From Candidatus Kerfeldbacteria bacterium (GTDB lineage: Bacteria > Patescibacteriota > Patescibacteriia > SBBC01 > CAIJZX01): DNA of 54,277 nt. Positions within the stretch are counted from its first letter, which is position 1; each line of letters begins with the position of its first letter. The notes beneath the pieces are model-generated. The model was not told the origin of the DNA, ran no database searches, and saw only the letters and a list, made by a program, of their open reading frames with translations. Made by a program: the position numbers and the translations under genes. The DNA is taken from the NCBI GenBank assembly GCA_016193315.1, contig JACPSJ010000001.1, forward strand, positions 350,446-404,722, in the 5' to 3' direction. This document shows positions 27,783-37,869 of this stretch, one piece after another.

Positions 27783-28301
27783 ATGAACCAATCACCAGCC
27801 GCACCGTCAACACCGTCGCCCCAGCCCGACCTGCCGGCCGCCGACGAGTATAGCCAAGAGCTGGTCCGCCTGGAACGCCAGGCCGCCGAGCACCTGGCCG
27901 GCTGGCAGCGGGCCAAAGCCGACTACCTCAACCTCAAGAAGCAGATGGATAAGGAACGGCGCGAAGTGGCGCAACTGGCTCAGGCGACGGTGGTTCTGGA
28001 ATTCCTGCCGATCTACGATAATCTGAAGCGCGCCATGAAGCATATCCCGTCCGAACATCAATCGCAGGAATGGGTGGCCGGTCTCGGCCACATCCAGAAA
28101 CAGTTTGAGGATTTGCTGAAAGAACTCGGCATCATCACTATTCCGACTATCGGCCATCCGTTCGACCCGACGCTCCACCACGCCGTGTCAAAAGTCAAGC
28201 AGCCGGGCGTCCAGAGCGGACAGATTGTGGCCGAATTGAAGAGCGGGTTCAAACTCGGCGACCGAGTGTTAGAACCGGCCCAGGTATCGGTCGCTGAATG
28301 A
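27783..28301 (+). CDS. grpE: Nucleotide exchange factor GrpE
   Basis: RAKADYLN.KK, LPIYDNL.RA, FDP.LHHAV, G F....RVL.PA.V.V. Confidence 0.93.
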   Translation: MNQSPAAPSTPSPQPDLPAADEYSQELVRLERQAAEHLAGWQRAKADYLNLKKQMDKERREVAQLAQATVVLEFLPIYDNLKRAMKHIPSEHQSQEWVAGLGHIQKQFEDLLKELGIITIPTIGHPFDPTLHHAVSKVKQPGVQSGQIVAELKSGFKLGDRVLEPAQVSVAE

Positions 28302-28344
28302 GACACCAACTATTCTTATCAACGAACGCCTAAGGAGACATTCT

Positions 28345-28758
28345 ATGGCCCTTATCAAATGGACCCCAATGGACGTCTTCGGCGACCTCGACCGCGCCTG
28401 GGACGACTGGCCGATGGCCATGCGCCGGGTGATGAGCCCCGCCCTCGATGTCTATGAGGACCAGGACAACGTGGTCATCGAAACCCCACTAGTTGGGGTC
28501 GACCCGAAAAACGTCAATATCGAGATTGAAGATAATATCCTGAAGATCTCTGGTCACAGCCAACACCAGACCGAGGTCGACGACAAGAACTACTTCCGTA
28601 AGGAAATTCGCTACGGCCAGTTTCACCGGGCGGTGGCGCTGCCAAAAGCGGTCGCCGGCGACAAGGCCGAAGCGACCTACAAAGATGGCGTCTTAAGAAT
28701 TACCGTGCCGAAGACGGAGGAAGCTAAGCCGAGGAAGATTACGGTCAAGGCCCAGTGA
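28345..28758 (+). CDS. Hsp20/alpha-crystallin small heat-shock protein
   Basis: PALDVYE, E..YGQF.R...LP, ATYKDGVL.I.VPK; AAGGAG RBS. Confidence 0.92.
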   Translation: MALIKWTPMDVFGDLDRAWDDWPMAMRRVMSPALDVYEDQDNVVIETPLVGVDPKNVNIEIEDNILKISGHSQHQTEVDDKNYFRKEIRYGQFHRAVALPKAVAGDKAEATYKDGVLRITVPKTEEAKPRKITVKAQ

Positions 28759-28828
28759 CCACCCCGCCGCTTTGCGGCCGCCCCTCCTCAACTGAGGCGG
28801 GGCACGCGGCGGAGCCGCGGGGGTGGTC
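28757..28828. repeat. REP-like palindrome, GACCACCCC..CCCCTCC..GGGGTGGTC (family D)
   Basis: Nested hairpins; related copies at 31192-31368 and 41665-41734. Confidence 0.7.
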
Positions 28829-28884
28829 CTGGGGCGGGTAACTCGGCTACCAGCATGGGTCACCCACCCGAGGACTCAATCGAT

Positions 28885-29217
28885 ATGGCCCTACCATCAA
28901 ACTTCAACCACAACATCATTCGCTTGAGCGTTCGCTGCCCGAGCTGCTCGAACCTGTACGACTGGCAGCGGCTGCGCATCCTCGGCGAAAAAGACCAGCA
29001 GCTCTTGGCCTTCATCGACTGCGGCGTCTGCGGTACGGCCTTGCTCTCGATTCTATCGATCAGTCCGAACGGCATGACCGCTCAGGGCCTGGTCACGGAC
29101 CTGACCGTCGATGAAGTCATCGATCTCGAAGATCGCCGGACGATTGGACCGGATGACGCACTGGAAGTCCACGAGATGCTCGAGGCGGATGATCGCTCTT
29201 TCTTCCGACGCAGCTAA
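28885..29217 (+). CDS. Small C4 zinc-finger protein
   Basis: CPSC...CGVC pairs with an acidic C-terminus; lies inside the dnaK operon. Confidence 0.7.
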   Translation: MALPSNFNHNIIRLSVRCPSCSNLYDWQRLRILGEKDQQLLAFIDCGVCGTALLSILSISPNGMTAQGLVTDLTVDEVIDLEDRRTIGPDDALEVHEMLEADDRSFFRRS

Positions 29218-29255
29218 GCCACGCTTACTTAATTTACTGATAATGTACAGACCCT

Positions 29256-31166
29256 ATGCCTAAGATTCTCGGCATCGATCTCGGCACCACCAACTCGGCC
29301 ATGGCCGTAGTCGAAGGCGGCGAGCCGAATATTATCGAAAACGCCGAAGGCGCGCGGACGACGCCATCGATGGTGGCTATTTCCAAAACCGGTGAACGGC
29401 TGGTCGGCCAAGTGGCCAAGCGCCAGGCCGTGGTCAACCCAACGAACACACTCTACTCGCTCAAGCGGCTGATTGGTCGACGCTGGGACGATCCGGAAGT
29501 GCAACGCGACCTGAAAGTCTTGCCGTTCAAGATGGTCCAAGCTGGCGAGGGCGTCAAAGTCATTATGGGGGACAAGGAATTAACGCCGCAGGAAATCTCG
29601 GCCATGGTCTTGCAGAAGCTCAAGGCCGATGCCGAAGCGAAACTGGGGGAAAAGATTAACGAAGCGGTTATCACCGTGCCGGCTTACTTTGACGACTCGC
29701 AACGGCAGGCCACCAAGGACGCCGGCCGAATCGCCGGTTTTGACGTCAAGCGGATCATCAACGAACCGACGGCCGCGGCCCTGGCTTACGGATTCCAGAA
29801 GAAGAGAGATCAGAAGATCGCCGTCTACGATTTGGGCGGCGGGACCTTTGACATTTCCATCCTCGAAGTTTCGGCGGACACGGTCGAGGTTAAATCGACC
29901 AATGGCGATACTCACCTGGGCGGCGATGACTTTGACCAGCGGATCATCCACTGGCTGATCGAAGAGTTTAGGAAAGAGCAGGGGATTGATTTGTCCAAGG
30001 ACCAACTGGCTTTGCAGCGGCTGAAGGAAGCGGCGGAGAAGGCCAAGCACGAATTATCAAGCGCCCAGGAGACGGAAATCAACTTACCCTTCATTTCCCA
30101 AGGTCCGGCCGGCCCGCTGCACTTCGTCAAAAAAACGACTCGGGCGCAGCTGGAGAATTTGGTTCACGACTTGGTGGAAATGACCCTTGAGCCGACGAAG
30201 AAAGCCTTAGCTGACGCCAGCCTGAAAGCTTCTGACGTTGATGAAGTGGTTCTCGTCGGCGGTCAGACGAGAATGCCCCTCGTTCTCCAGACGGTCGAAA
30301 AGTTCTTCGGAAAGAAAGCGAATGCCACGGTGAATCCAGATGAAGTGGTGGCAGTCGGGGCCGCCGTTCAAGCCGGCATCCTGCAAGGCGAGGTCAAGGA
30401 CGTGCTGCTGCTTGATGTCACCCCGCTGACGCTCGGCCTGGAAACTCTTGGTCGGGTGGCCACCCCGCTGATCGACCGCAACACCACCATCCCAACGTCG
30501 AAATCCCAAGTCTTCAGCACGGCCGCGGATAATCAGCCATCGGTGGAAATTCACGTTCTCCAAGGCGAACGCCCGATGGCTGGCGACAACAAATCGCTCG
30601 GCCGGTTCATTCTCGACGGCATACCGCCGGCACCGCGCGGCACACCGCAGATCGAAGTAACGTTTGACTTGGACGCCAACGGCATCCTAAAGGTGACGGC
30701 CAAGGATAAAGCCAGCAACAAAGAGCAAACGATCACCATCCAAGGTTCAACTGGCTTGTCCAAGGACGAAGTCGAACGGCTACGCAAAGACGCGGAACTG
30801 CACGCCGCCGAGGACGCCAAAAAGAAAGAGCTGATCGAGGCCAAAAATATGGCTGAGCAAATGACCTACACCGCCGAAAAAGCGCTCAAAGACGCCGGCG
30901 AAAAGGTTAAACCCGAGCTGCGGGCTGATGTCGAAGCGAAGATTAACGATCTCAAAAAATTAAAGGACAGCACGGACAAGACCGCGATCGAAAACGCCAG
31001 CCGCGCCCTGTCCGATGCGATGCAGAAGATCGGTCAAGCCGCCTATCAAAAAGCCAACCCAACCGGCTCGGCCGGATCCGGCCAACCGGCTGGTGGTCAA
31101 GGAGGTCCCTCGCAAAGCTCAGCACCAGGACCGGTGGAGGGGGAAGTGGTGGATGAGAAGAAGTAG
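29256..31166 (+). CDS. dnaK: Chaperone DnaK
   Basis: [32 protein letters not shown]. Confidence 0.98.
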   Translation: MPKILGIDLGTTNSAMAVVEGGEPNIIENAEGARTTPSMVAISKTGERLVGQVAKRQAVVNPTNTLYSLKRLIGRRWDDPEVQRDLKVLPFKMVQAGEGVKVIMGDKELTPQEISAMVLQKLKADAEAKLGEKINEAVITVPAYFDDSQRQATKDAGRIAGFDVKRIINEPTAAALAYGFQKKRDQKIAVYDLGGGTFDISILEVSADTVEVKSTNGDTHLGGDDFDQRIIHWLIEEFRKEQGIDLSKDQLALQRLKEAAEKAKHELSSAQETEINLPFISQGPAGPLHFVKKTTRAQLENLVHDLVEMTLEPTKKALADASLKASDVDEVVLVGGQTRMPLVLQTVEKFFGKKANATVNPDEVVAVGAAVQAGILQGEVKDVLLLDVTPLTLGLETLGRVATPLIDRNTTIPTSKSQVFSTAADNQPSVEIHVLQGERPMAGDNKSLGRFILDGIPPAPRGTPQIEVTFDLDANGILKVTAKDKASNKEQTITIQGSTGLSKDEVERLRKDAELHAAEDAKKKELIEAKNMAEQMTYTAEKALKDAGEKVKPELRADVEAKINDLKKLKDSTDKTAIENASRALSDAMQKIGQAAYQKANPTGSAGSGQPAGGQGGPSQSSAPGPVEGEVVDEKK

Positions 31167-31191
31167 TTGATTGAGGTCGCCTCGTCCTCAA

Positions 31192-31368
31192 GACCACCCC
31201 GGCGCTCGATTCCTCGCGCCACCCCTCCTAAGATAGGAGGGGATAAGTAGGAGGCGGCCCAACACCATCCCCTCCTGATCCAGGAGGGGACCGTGTGGAG
31301 CGGCGCCCTTCCCGTCCCCTCCTCGTTGAGGAGGGGTGATCGTCGCGTTAGCGACGATCGGGGTGGTC
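31192..31368. repeat. Cluster of three CCCCTCC..GGAGGGG hairpins bounded by GACCACCCC/GGGGTGGTC (family D)
   Basis: Directly visible; overlaps the 3' end of the DUF559 gene. Confidence 0.8.
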
Positions 31369-31740
31369 CAACAACGCCGCCCGTCGCTTCACGGTTCGCA
31401 TCAGTTCTTCAATCACGCCGTCCAGGTTCTTGAATACGTCCGAATTGGAGAATCGAACAATCTGGATATTCGGGTGGGCCAGATAGTTTTCGCGTCCCTG
31501 ATCATACTATTGCCCAGCCGGCTCGAAATGCTGTCCTCCGTCGAGTTCAACAGCTAATCGCAACTCCGGACAGTAGAAATCCACGACATAACGTCCGATA
31601 CCATGCTGCCGTCGAAACTTGTAACCCAACAGTCCGCGGCCTTTCAAATATGACCACAGAATGATCTCTGGTTTCGTCATCTCACGCCGAAGTTTGCGTC
31701 GGACAGGATTGTACTCTGAGCGATTGTGGATTGGTGGCAT
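31348..31740 (-). pseudogene. DUF559 (Vsr-like PD-(D/E)XK) endonuclease with an in-frame TAG at 31507-31509
   Basis: RKLRREMT.PE..LW..L...KFRRQH.IG.Y.VDFYC....LAVELDG.QH; resumes after the stop as YDQ.RE.YL....I.IVRF.N..V. Confidence 0.85.
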
Positions 31741-31883
31741 GGTTTTCTTCAAGCCACCGCAAACTTCTTATCATCATATTCCTCCGGTGTCAACCATCGG
31801 GAGCTGAGAAGTTTTTTTGCACTATGCTATACTGATACTCGTGCGGAGAGTACCAGACCCACTAACCCCGAAGGAGACTGATC

Positions 31884-32507
31884 ATGCCTGAAGGAGCCGA
31901 CGAAAAGCAAGCCTACGAATTTCTGGCCGAACACGAAGGCATCACAGAGGAACAGACTGAACACGGTTTTGTCCACCGCGACCGAGAAGGCCGGCTGGTC
32001 TTGCGCACCGAAACGCACCAGAACAAACAAACCACCCAGTATGAATACCCGGAAGCCGGCGGCTCGGTCGAGAACGCCAAGGTCCTGGAAGGCCCGAAAC
32101 AAGGCGAGGAATACCGCCGCGAACATCCCGGCACGACCAGCTCTTTGAAATTATCTGTCCCTGGAGCTGGTTCAGTCGAGATGCCCGGAGTTCTCGAAAC
32201 CCTCGGCTCGACCGTCGCCAACTCGCCCGACGGGACGCATCAGCCGTGGGCGCACTTTGAGGTCACGGATGAGGACAGTTTACCCGCCTTCGCGTCTATT
32301 CCGGCCGAGCAGCGTCAAGTTAAGCCAGGCGGCGCCTACGCCGTTCTTGAAGGTGAACTTGGCGGCGGATTTGAAGTCGAGGTCTATGGGCGGACGGTCA
32401 CGGTCGAACGGATCGGTCGGATCAGCGTTGATTTCAACGAGGCCGGCGAGCCAATCAAGGCCACCATCCACAAAGTTACTTGGTCGGAAAAACGAGCTGA
32501 ACAGTAA
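31884..32507 (+). CDS. Hypothetical acidic protein
   Basis: AAGGAG RBS, TATACT upstream; 207 aa. Confidence 0.65.
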   Translation: MPEGADEKQAYEFLAEHEGITEEQTEHGFVHRDREGRLVLRTETHQNKQTTQYEYPEAGGSVENAKVLEGPKQGEEYRREHPGTTSSLKLSVPGAGSVEMPGVLETLGSTVANSPDGTHQPWAHFEVTDEDSLPAFASIPAEQRQVKPGGAYAVLEGELGGGFEVEVYGRTVTVERIGRISVDFNEAGEPIKATIHKVTWSEKRAEQ

Positions 32508-32651
32508 ACAGGTTTCCAGTCGTCGCTTACCCTCGGCCAGGCGGCTTTACTGTTGATCCGCAAGCAATCGGCCGATGCCATTGACATGGCTGATAAAGTA
32601 TGTCAGGTTGCCCACACCACAGCTGTTTCCTCGACAAAGGAGGTAAGGCAC

Positions 32652-32888
32652 ATGGTCACGCAATTGGATGGGCTGGTGTTGATCGTCTTGACGCTTGTCG
32701 GGCTCGCCGTGGCCGCTCGGGCCGGCAGCTCGCCGGTCTTCGCCGGCGATCGGTCTGCGGCCACCACCATCGGCGGGTTCGCCGGACTTGCTAGTGCCGG
32801 ACTCGGTTTGATCGGCTGGTTCCTCGGCACCGGTCGCAGTGCCGAGGTCATCAAGGCCCTCAGCTTTCTTCCCCGCCTGCAGTACTAG
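32652..32888 (+). CDS. Small two-TM membrane protein
   Basis: AAGGAGGT RBS; terminator directly downstream. Confidence 0.6.
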   Translation: MVTQLDGLVLIVLTLVGLAVAARAGSSPVFAGDRSAATTIGGFAGLASAGLGLIGWFLGTGRSAEVIKALSFLPRLQY

Positions 32889-32892
32889 CCGC

Positions 32893-32919
32893 AGCCGCAT
32901 CTCTGATGCGGCTTTTTTT
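32893..32919 (+). terminator. Rho-independent terminator
   Basis: GCCGCATC/GATGCGGC stem plus T7. Confidence 0.75.
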
Positions 32920-32986
32920 ATCATGGTGCGGCCTGTTCCGAGGGCCACTGCCCTATCCATTCTGACTGCCCTTACGCTATACTTCC

Positions 32987-34348
32987 CTGATCAAACTTCT
33001 CCACACCAAAATTCCAATTCCTTCCCTGCTCGGCTTATTCGTTGCCATGCTCGGTCTGGTCCCAAACGCCCAAGCCCAGTCCGACCCGAAACTCACCGGT
33101 ACGAACTCCTATGTACTTGAAGCCCGGTTCCTGACCAGCAGCCTGCCGTTGACTATCGATTTTGACAAGGGAGCTGTCAGCGGATCGTACGATCTCAATA
33201 CCCCGGTGACCGACGCCAGCAATCCGGGGCGACAAGAAGTATTGATGCAAACGTCGACCATCGACGGCACGTATCGCCGCGGCCAGGTCGAATTTTCGAT
33301 TGTCCTCCAATCCGCTCGCACGGTCACGGATGCCTGTGGCACCTACAAAATTAAGGATCAGGGCGAGTTCACGTTGACCGGCACGGTCGAAGCCGATCGG
33401 TCGCTGGTCAGATCCGGAGCGCCAACCGGTCGACACCGTCTCGATCCGACTATGCTGAATGGCGCCAAGAAAGTCGAAGGCCAGAACGTGCCGCCGATCT
33501 ACGTCGTTCAGTGCGGCGGCCAATCGAGTGGGTATAGTTTTCGGGACGTCAACTTAGCCTGGCAAACCAGCAACCTGAAGGGCAAGGTTGGCGAGTGGAC
33601 CGCCAAAGCCTGCGGGCCGAATGAAGTAGTTCAGGATTCGCAATGCGTCTGTCCGGCCGGAAAAACTTGCGTGGCCTCTACAAAACCCGGCTCAAGATCG
33701 ACCCTGGTCCCAATCTTCGTTGACTATGCCGGTCCGGACACCGTTTACCAGCGCGGCGGTCAAGGAAAAGATCTCCCTCTGACCAAAGGCACGAAACTGC
33801 AGCTTGGCGATATCATTCATTCACTCGACCAATCGGTCGTCCTCAAGATCGGGGATCAACTACTGACGGTCTATCCATACACTGGTTTTCGACTTGAGGC
33901 CGCGGATCTGACCCCTGACCGAATTGCCCGGACCAGGGTTTACCTGCTCGACGGATCCATAAAGTCGAAAATTCCGCATCGTCCGGCGCCGCGCGGCGAT
34001 TTCCATGTCCCCACGCCGGGCGCCAACTCCAGCATCCGGGGCAGCGAGATGGTGGTCAAGTATGACAAAAAAACCAAGATCACCACTGTCTACGTGACCG
34101 AAGACGAAGCCACAATTCAAGGTGACAAGGACAGCAAAGCGGTGACCGTGCCGGCTGGCAATAAAATCACGGTTGGTGCCGACGAAAAGGCCGGCGTACC
34201 AACGGCTTTTGCATCCAGCGAACTGCCGGTTGAACCGAAGCGGATGGCGGGCGGAATTCAGTCTTGGTTGTGGTACGCCGTGGGTGGGTTGGCGCTGGCG
34301 GCGGTTTCGACCGGTGTCGTTTTGGCAAAAAGACCAAAGGGGAAGTAA
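32987..34348 (+). CDS. Exported FecR-domain protein with C-terminal membrane anchor; start uncertain
   Basis: FecR-like L.LGD.I...L.DG.I...TPGA...IRGS; the signal peptide extends upstream of ATG 33047. Confidence 0.6.
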   Translation: MIKLLHTKIPIPSLLGLFVAMLGLVPNAQAQSDPKLTGTNSYVLEARFLTSSLPLTIDFDKGAVSGSYDLNTPVTDASNPGRQEVLMQTSTIDGTYRRGQVEFSIVLQSARTVTDACGTYKIKDQGEFTLTGTVEADRSLVRSGAPTGRHRLDPTMLNGAKKVEGQNVPPIYVVQCGGQSSGYSFRDVNLAWQTSNLKGKVGEWTAKACGPNEVVQDSQCVCPAGKTCVASTKPGSRSTLVPIFVDYAGPDTVYQRGGQGKDLPLTKGTKLQLGDIIHSLDQSVVLKIGDQLLTVYPYTGFRLEAADLTPDRIARTRVYLLDGSIKSKIPHRPAPRGDFHVPTPGANSSIRGSEMVVKYDKKTKITTVYVTEDEATIQGDKDSKAVTVPAGNKITVGADEKAGVPTAFASSELPVEPKRMAGGIQSWLWYAVGGLALAAVSTGVVLAKRPKGK

Positions 34349-34374
34349 AATTTTTGCTCAGCCACGTTTGCTAG

Positions 34375-35010
34375 ATGACTATCACCAAACTCGGCCACTG
34401 CTGCCTCGTCATCAAGGAGGGCGCCCTCACCATCCTGACCGATCCCGGCACTTACTCAACGGCCCAGAATTCAGTTACTGGGGTTGATGTTATTCTGATC
34501 ACTCACGAACATCCTGATCACTACCACCTTGACTCACTCCGGAAAGTCTTGGCCAATAACCCGCAAGCCAAGATTTACACGGTCAAAGCCGTCGGCGCTT
34601 TGCTAGACAAAGAGGGAATTCAGCACCAACTACTTACTGACGGTGGGCGTGTGACTGAAAAAGGAGTTTCGATTGAGGGCTTTGGGAAGAAACACCATGA
34701 AATGTATCCAGGCTGGCCAAGGGTTGATAATACCGGCTACTTCGTCGCCAATCGACTCTGGTATCCGGGCGACGCGCTGTATGATCCTGGCAAGACCGTG
34801 GAGATTCTGGCTCTGCCAGTGGCTGGTCCGTGGTTGAACATTCGTGAGGCCACAGACTACGCGAAACAGATTCACCCCAAAATGGCTTTTGCAGTTCATG
34901 ACGCGGTGCTCGTCAATCCTGGTACGGCCCACCGCGTGCCGGCGAAGTTCCTGCCGGAAGAAGGCATCGAGTTCAAGATTCTAGAAATCGGAAAAGAGTA
35001 CAAGCTCTAG
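34375..35010 (+). CDS. MBL-fold metallo-hydrolase
   Basis: LGHCC, TDPG, ITHEHPDH, YPGD, VHD. Confidence 0.88.
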   Translation: MTITKLGHCCLVIKEGALTILTDPGTYSTAQNSVTGVDVILITHEHPDHYHLDSLRKVLANNPQAKIYTVKAVGALLDKEGIQHQLLTDGGRVTEKGVSIEGFGKKHHEMYPGWPRVDNTGYFVANRLWYPGDALYDPGKTVEILALPVAGPWLNIREATDYAKQIHPKMAFAVHDAVLVNPGTAHRVPAKFLPEEGIEFKILEIGKEYKL

Positions 35011-35069
35011 CGGCAGATTCATAAAAAACCGCCGTCACCTTTGAGATGACCGCGGGCAGTTGCTCGGCT

Positions 35070-35681
35070 CTAAAGTTCGGTGACCAGGCCGTCTTTCATT
35101 TGGTAACCCTGGCCGCAGGTCGGACAGCATCCGACACCACTGGTTTCGAACACGAGATGGGCGAAGCGCTGCTCCCCGTGGTTTCTCTTGCAGACCCAAG
35201 CCACGTGTCGCGCCGGAGCGCCGACCACCAGGGAGAAGTCCTTGACGTTGCGGGTGACCACCGCGCCCATGCCGACCACGGCATAGCGGCCGATGGTGAC
35301 GGCTCCGATGCGGCAGCCGGCGCCGAGCGTGGCGCCCTCCTTGACCAACGTCTGGACGAACTTGCCACCCTTCGGTTCGAGGGAACGCGGCGTGTTGTCG
35401 TTGACGAAGGTCGTGCCCTGAGCAACGAAGACGCCATTTTCGAGGGTGACGCCATTCCACACAGCGACACCGAACTGGATCTTGACGTGGTCACCGATGA
35501 CCGCGCCACGGAGGACCATGCACCCTTGACCGAGCGTACACTGACGGCCAATCCTGGCGCCGGAGGCAACTTGAGTGAATGGTCCAAGAAACGTGCCCTG
35601 TCCGATTTCGGCCTCGTCGTCGACGTTGACAGGTGGGATGTATCGAAAGCCACGCGAATCTTCGATCGGAACGATGTTCAT
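35070..35681 (-). CDS. Hexapeptide-repeat N-acetyltransferase (WbpD/WxcM-like) with a C-terminal CxxC ribbon
   Basis: LbH repeats, FVND..PRS, VGMGAVVT.NV, VVG.PAR...WVC, CPTCG; GGAGG RBS. Confidence 0.85.
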   Translation of the reverse strand: MNIVPIEDSRGFRYIPPVNVDDEAEIGQGTFLGPFTQVASGARIGRQCTLGQGCMVLRGAVIGDHVKIQFGVAVWNGVTLENGVFVAQGTTFVNDNTPRSLEPKGGKFVQTLVKEGATLGAGCRIGAVTIGRYAVVGMGAVVTRNVKDFSLVVGAPARHVAWVCKRNHGEQRFAHLVFETSGVGCCPTCGQGYQMKDGLVTEL

Positions 35682-35881
35682 GAAACCTCCACTGGATCGG
35701 CCGGGCTACTGGCCCGAAATGTTTCTGGGAATGTGCGCGAAAACGCTGGCACCTTAACTTGTTCAACCTCTACCTGTCAACGCCTCGGGCTGAGATAAAC
35801 CCCCAAGATGTGGTATGCTTTTCTCGGTTCTTTCCCGCCGGGGTTTTGGTGCCACCAGAGGTTTTCTCAGCAGGAGATGGC

Positions 35882-36070
35882 ATGCGTGCCGTGTCGAAGA
35901 GAGGTAGAAGACTTGATGACCGTCGAGGCCGGTCAAAACTGCGTCCGTCGGAATCGGTCAACCGTTCCGAGCGACGAAGGAAACGTCCAGGGCGAACCGA
36001 AGCCCAGTCTCAACGCAAGGGGCTCGGTGGCAAAGACATACTCGGTCCCTTTGGTCAACCTCGACCCTAG
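35882..36070 (+). CDS. 62-aa Arg-rich small protein
   Basis: AGGAG RBS; stop embedded in the GACCCTAGGGTC-T6 terminator. Confidence 0.45.
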   Translation: MRAVSKRGRRLDDRRGRSKLRPSESVNRSERRRKRPGRTEAQSQRKGLGGKDILGPFGQPRP

Positions 36071-36214
36071 GGTCTTTTTTCAATAAAACACCCGTCTCCG
36101 TAGACGGGTCGAAGGAGCGGAGCCAAGTTACTGCGCCAGCGGGGCTAGGTGCAGGATCGGGGCCGCACGTCCGAGTCACTGCCCCCAGCGCGCCGCCGGC
36201 TCAGGATGAAAGCG

Positions 36215-36508
36215 TTAGGCCGTCTGGCCGAACATCGGCTCCAGAACCAGTTTCGGCTTGAACCCCAAGGCCAAGGCGAGGTCCGACAGACCCCGGAGGG
36301 TCACCCGGCGTCCGGTCAGGAAGTCATCGACATAGCGATCGGTTCGCCCGGCCAACCTGGCCAGCTCGAACTTGCTGATGCCGCGCTGCTCCATCGCGCG
36401 GCAAACGGCCTCAGTCACATCGAGGATCAGCTCTTCCTGGGTCAAGAGGGGATCCGCAGCGAGCGGGTCGGTGCGGGGATGGCCATGCGTAATAACCGTT
36501 TCAGTCAT
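36215..36508 (-). CDS. XRE/Cro-C1 HTH protein
   Basis: MEQRGISKFELARLAG....V...L.G....TL..L..LA.ALG; GGAGG RBS. Confidence 0.75.
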   Translation of the reverse strand: MTETVITHGHPRTDPLAADPLLTQEELILDVTEAVCRAMEQRGISKFELARLAGRTDRYVDDFLTGRRVTLRGLSDLALALGFKPKLVLEPMFGQTA

Positions 36509-36633
36509 GGGACCCTCCGGGGTGGAAAGAACTTCAGTGGATGCCGTTGTGATCAACGCAGAGACTAGCAGATAGGAGCCAGCCAGTCAAGGACCCGAAT
36601 GCGGCTGAACGGGGATAGTGCTATAGTCAGCTC

Positions 36634-37176
36634 ATGAAGGTTTTCATCATCCACGGCGCCGACGGCCACCCGCACGAGAATTGGTTTCCCTGGTTGAAAA
36701 CTGAATTGGAACGGCGCGGACATCGGGTTGTCATCCCCGCCTTTCCGACGCCGCAGCACCAGACCATGAACCATTGGCTGGCGGTGTTCGAGCGCTGTCC
36801 CGAATCACCTGACCGCGACACGGTGTTTGTCGGCCACAGTCTCGGCGTGCCGTTTATCCTGCGGGTTTTGGAAACAGTGAATCAGCCAGTCCGCACCTCA
36901 TTCTTGGTTGCTGGTTTCGCCCGGGCCACTAATAAACAGGCCGCCAGGTTCGTGCCCACCCGATATTCCTGGATGAAGATCAAGCAGCATTGTCATCAGT
37001 TCGTCATTTTTCACTCCGACAAAGATCCATATGTGCCGCTGGAGCATGGCCAAGAACTGGCTCGGCTGACTGATGGCCAGCTGATTGTGGTGCCGGGAGC
37101 GGGGCACTTCAATGCTCAGTCCGGCTACACGTCTTTCCCTCAGCTTCTTGAACAGTTCCAGAAACCACAAGAATAA
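36634..37176 (+). CDS. RBBP9/YdeN alpha/beta hydrolase
   Basis: IIHG, NWFPWL, GHSLG, SD.DPYVP, AGHFN. Confidence 0.9.
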   Translation: MKVFIIHGADGHPHENWFPWLKTELERRGHRVVIPAFPTPQHQTMNHWLAVFERCPESPDRDTVFVGHSLGVPFILRVLETVNQPVRTSFLVAGFARATNKQAARFVPTRYSWMKIKQHCHQFVIFHSDKDPYVPLEHGQELARLTDGQLIVVPGAGHFNAQSGYTSFPQLLEQFQKPQE

Positions 37177-37188
37177 GAAAAACCCGAC

Positions 37189-37647
37189 CTATTCAGGATC
37201 GGGATCGAGATTGCTGACGTATTCGATGCCGATGGCATGGCACCAGGCCTGGGCCAGCCATTTCAGCAGCGCCACGTCGGCTGAAGTGTCGACCTGCCAG
37301 TAGATGGTCAGGATCAAGCGATCGCGTGGTCCGATTGCTGACAGATCCGGGTCGACGACGCCGATATACTCGTCTGTTTCGTGAAACCAGGCCACAGCAT
37401 AGCTGCACAGTGCCATGGTCACCTCCCAGTCCAAGGTGCATCTTCCCTTGGGTGTAGCGAATGCCGAGTCGACTGTCAAGAAGAAGGTCAAAAAAGCAGA
37501 CCCGCACCTGACGGCGCGGGTCATATCGGCTACATCATCCACACTCCAGTTGGAGACATGGCGGCCAGACCGTAAGGTCTGGAGTGGACGAAGAAAGATC
37601 GGAAGTCCCTTCAGGGCGGGGGCTGGGGCCGTGAAGTTTGTGATCAA
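37189..37647 (-). CDS. Hypothetical protein, start uncertain
   Basis: Longest ORF in the interval; no motif recognised. Confidence 0.35.
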   Translation of the reverse strand: MITNFTAPAPALKGLPIFLRPLQTLRSGRHVSNWSVDDVADMTRAVRCGSAFLTFFLTVDSAFATPKGRCTLDWEVTMALCSYAVAWFHETDEYIGVVDPDLSAIGPRDRLILTIYWQVDTSADVALLKWLAQAWCHAIGIEYVSNLDPDPE

Positions 37648-37869
37648 GGCCTTTGGTTGGCCTCTCCTCCGGGTATGATGCCCGCGCGCGACCGCGCCGG
37701 GGCTCTCCTAGGCCTCGATGCTGCACCCAGCCTCCCGCCCACTTCAGCGAGAACAAAAGGGTTCCCGCCACAGCGTAACCGGCATTCTATATCATTGCTA
37801 ATCTGTGTCAAGTGGCGACTCAGGGCAGATTTGCTTGCGGCTGGTGGTTGAGGAGCGTATGGTAGCGGT

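Noticed and set aside
31192-31368. CRISPR array
   Set aside because: Repeats are imperfect hairpins with irregular spacing, and there are no cas genes in the window
17960-31509. TAG recoding or readthrough suggested by two in-frame TAG codons
   Set aside because: adk, rplU, gap, dnaK and cysS end normally at TAG, and the two sites imply different amino acids; point mutations are simpler
35046-35798. 250-aa plus-strand ORF
   Set aside because: Antisense shadow of the clearly recognisable acetyltransferase
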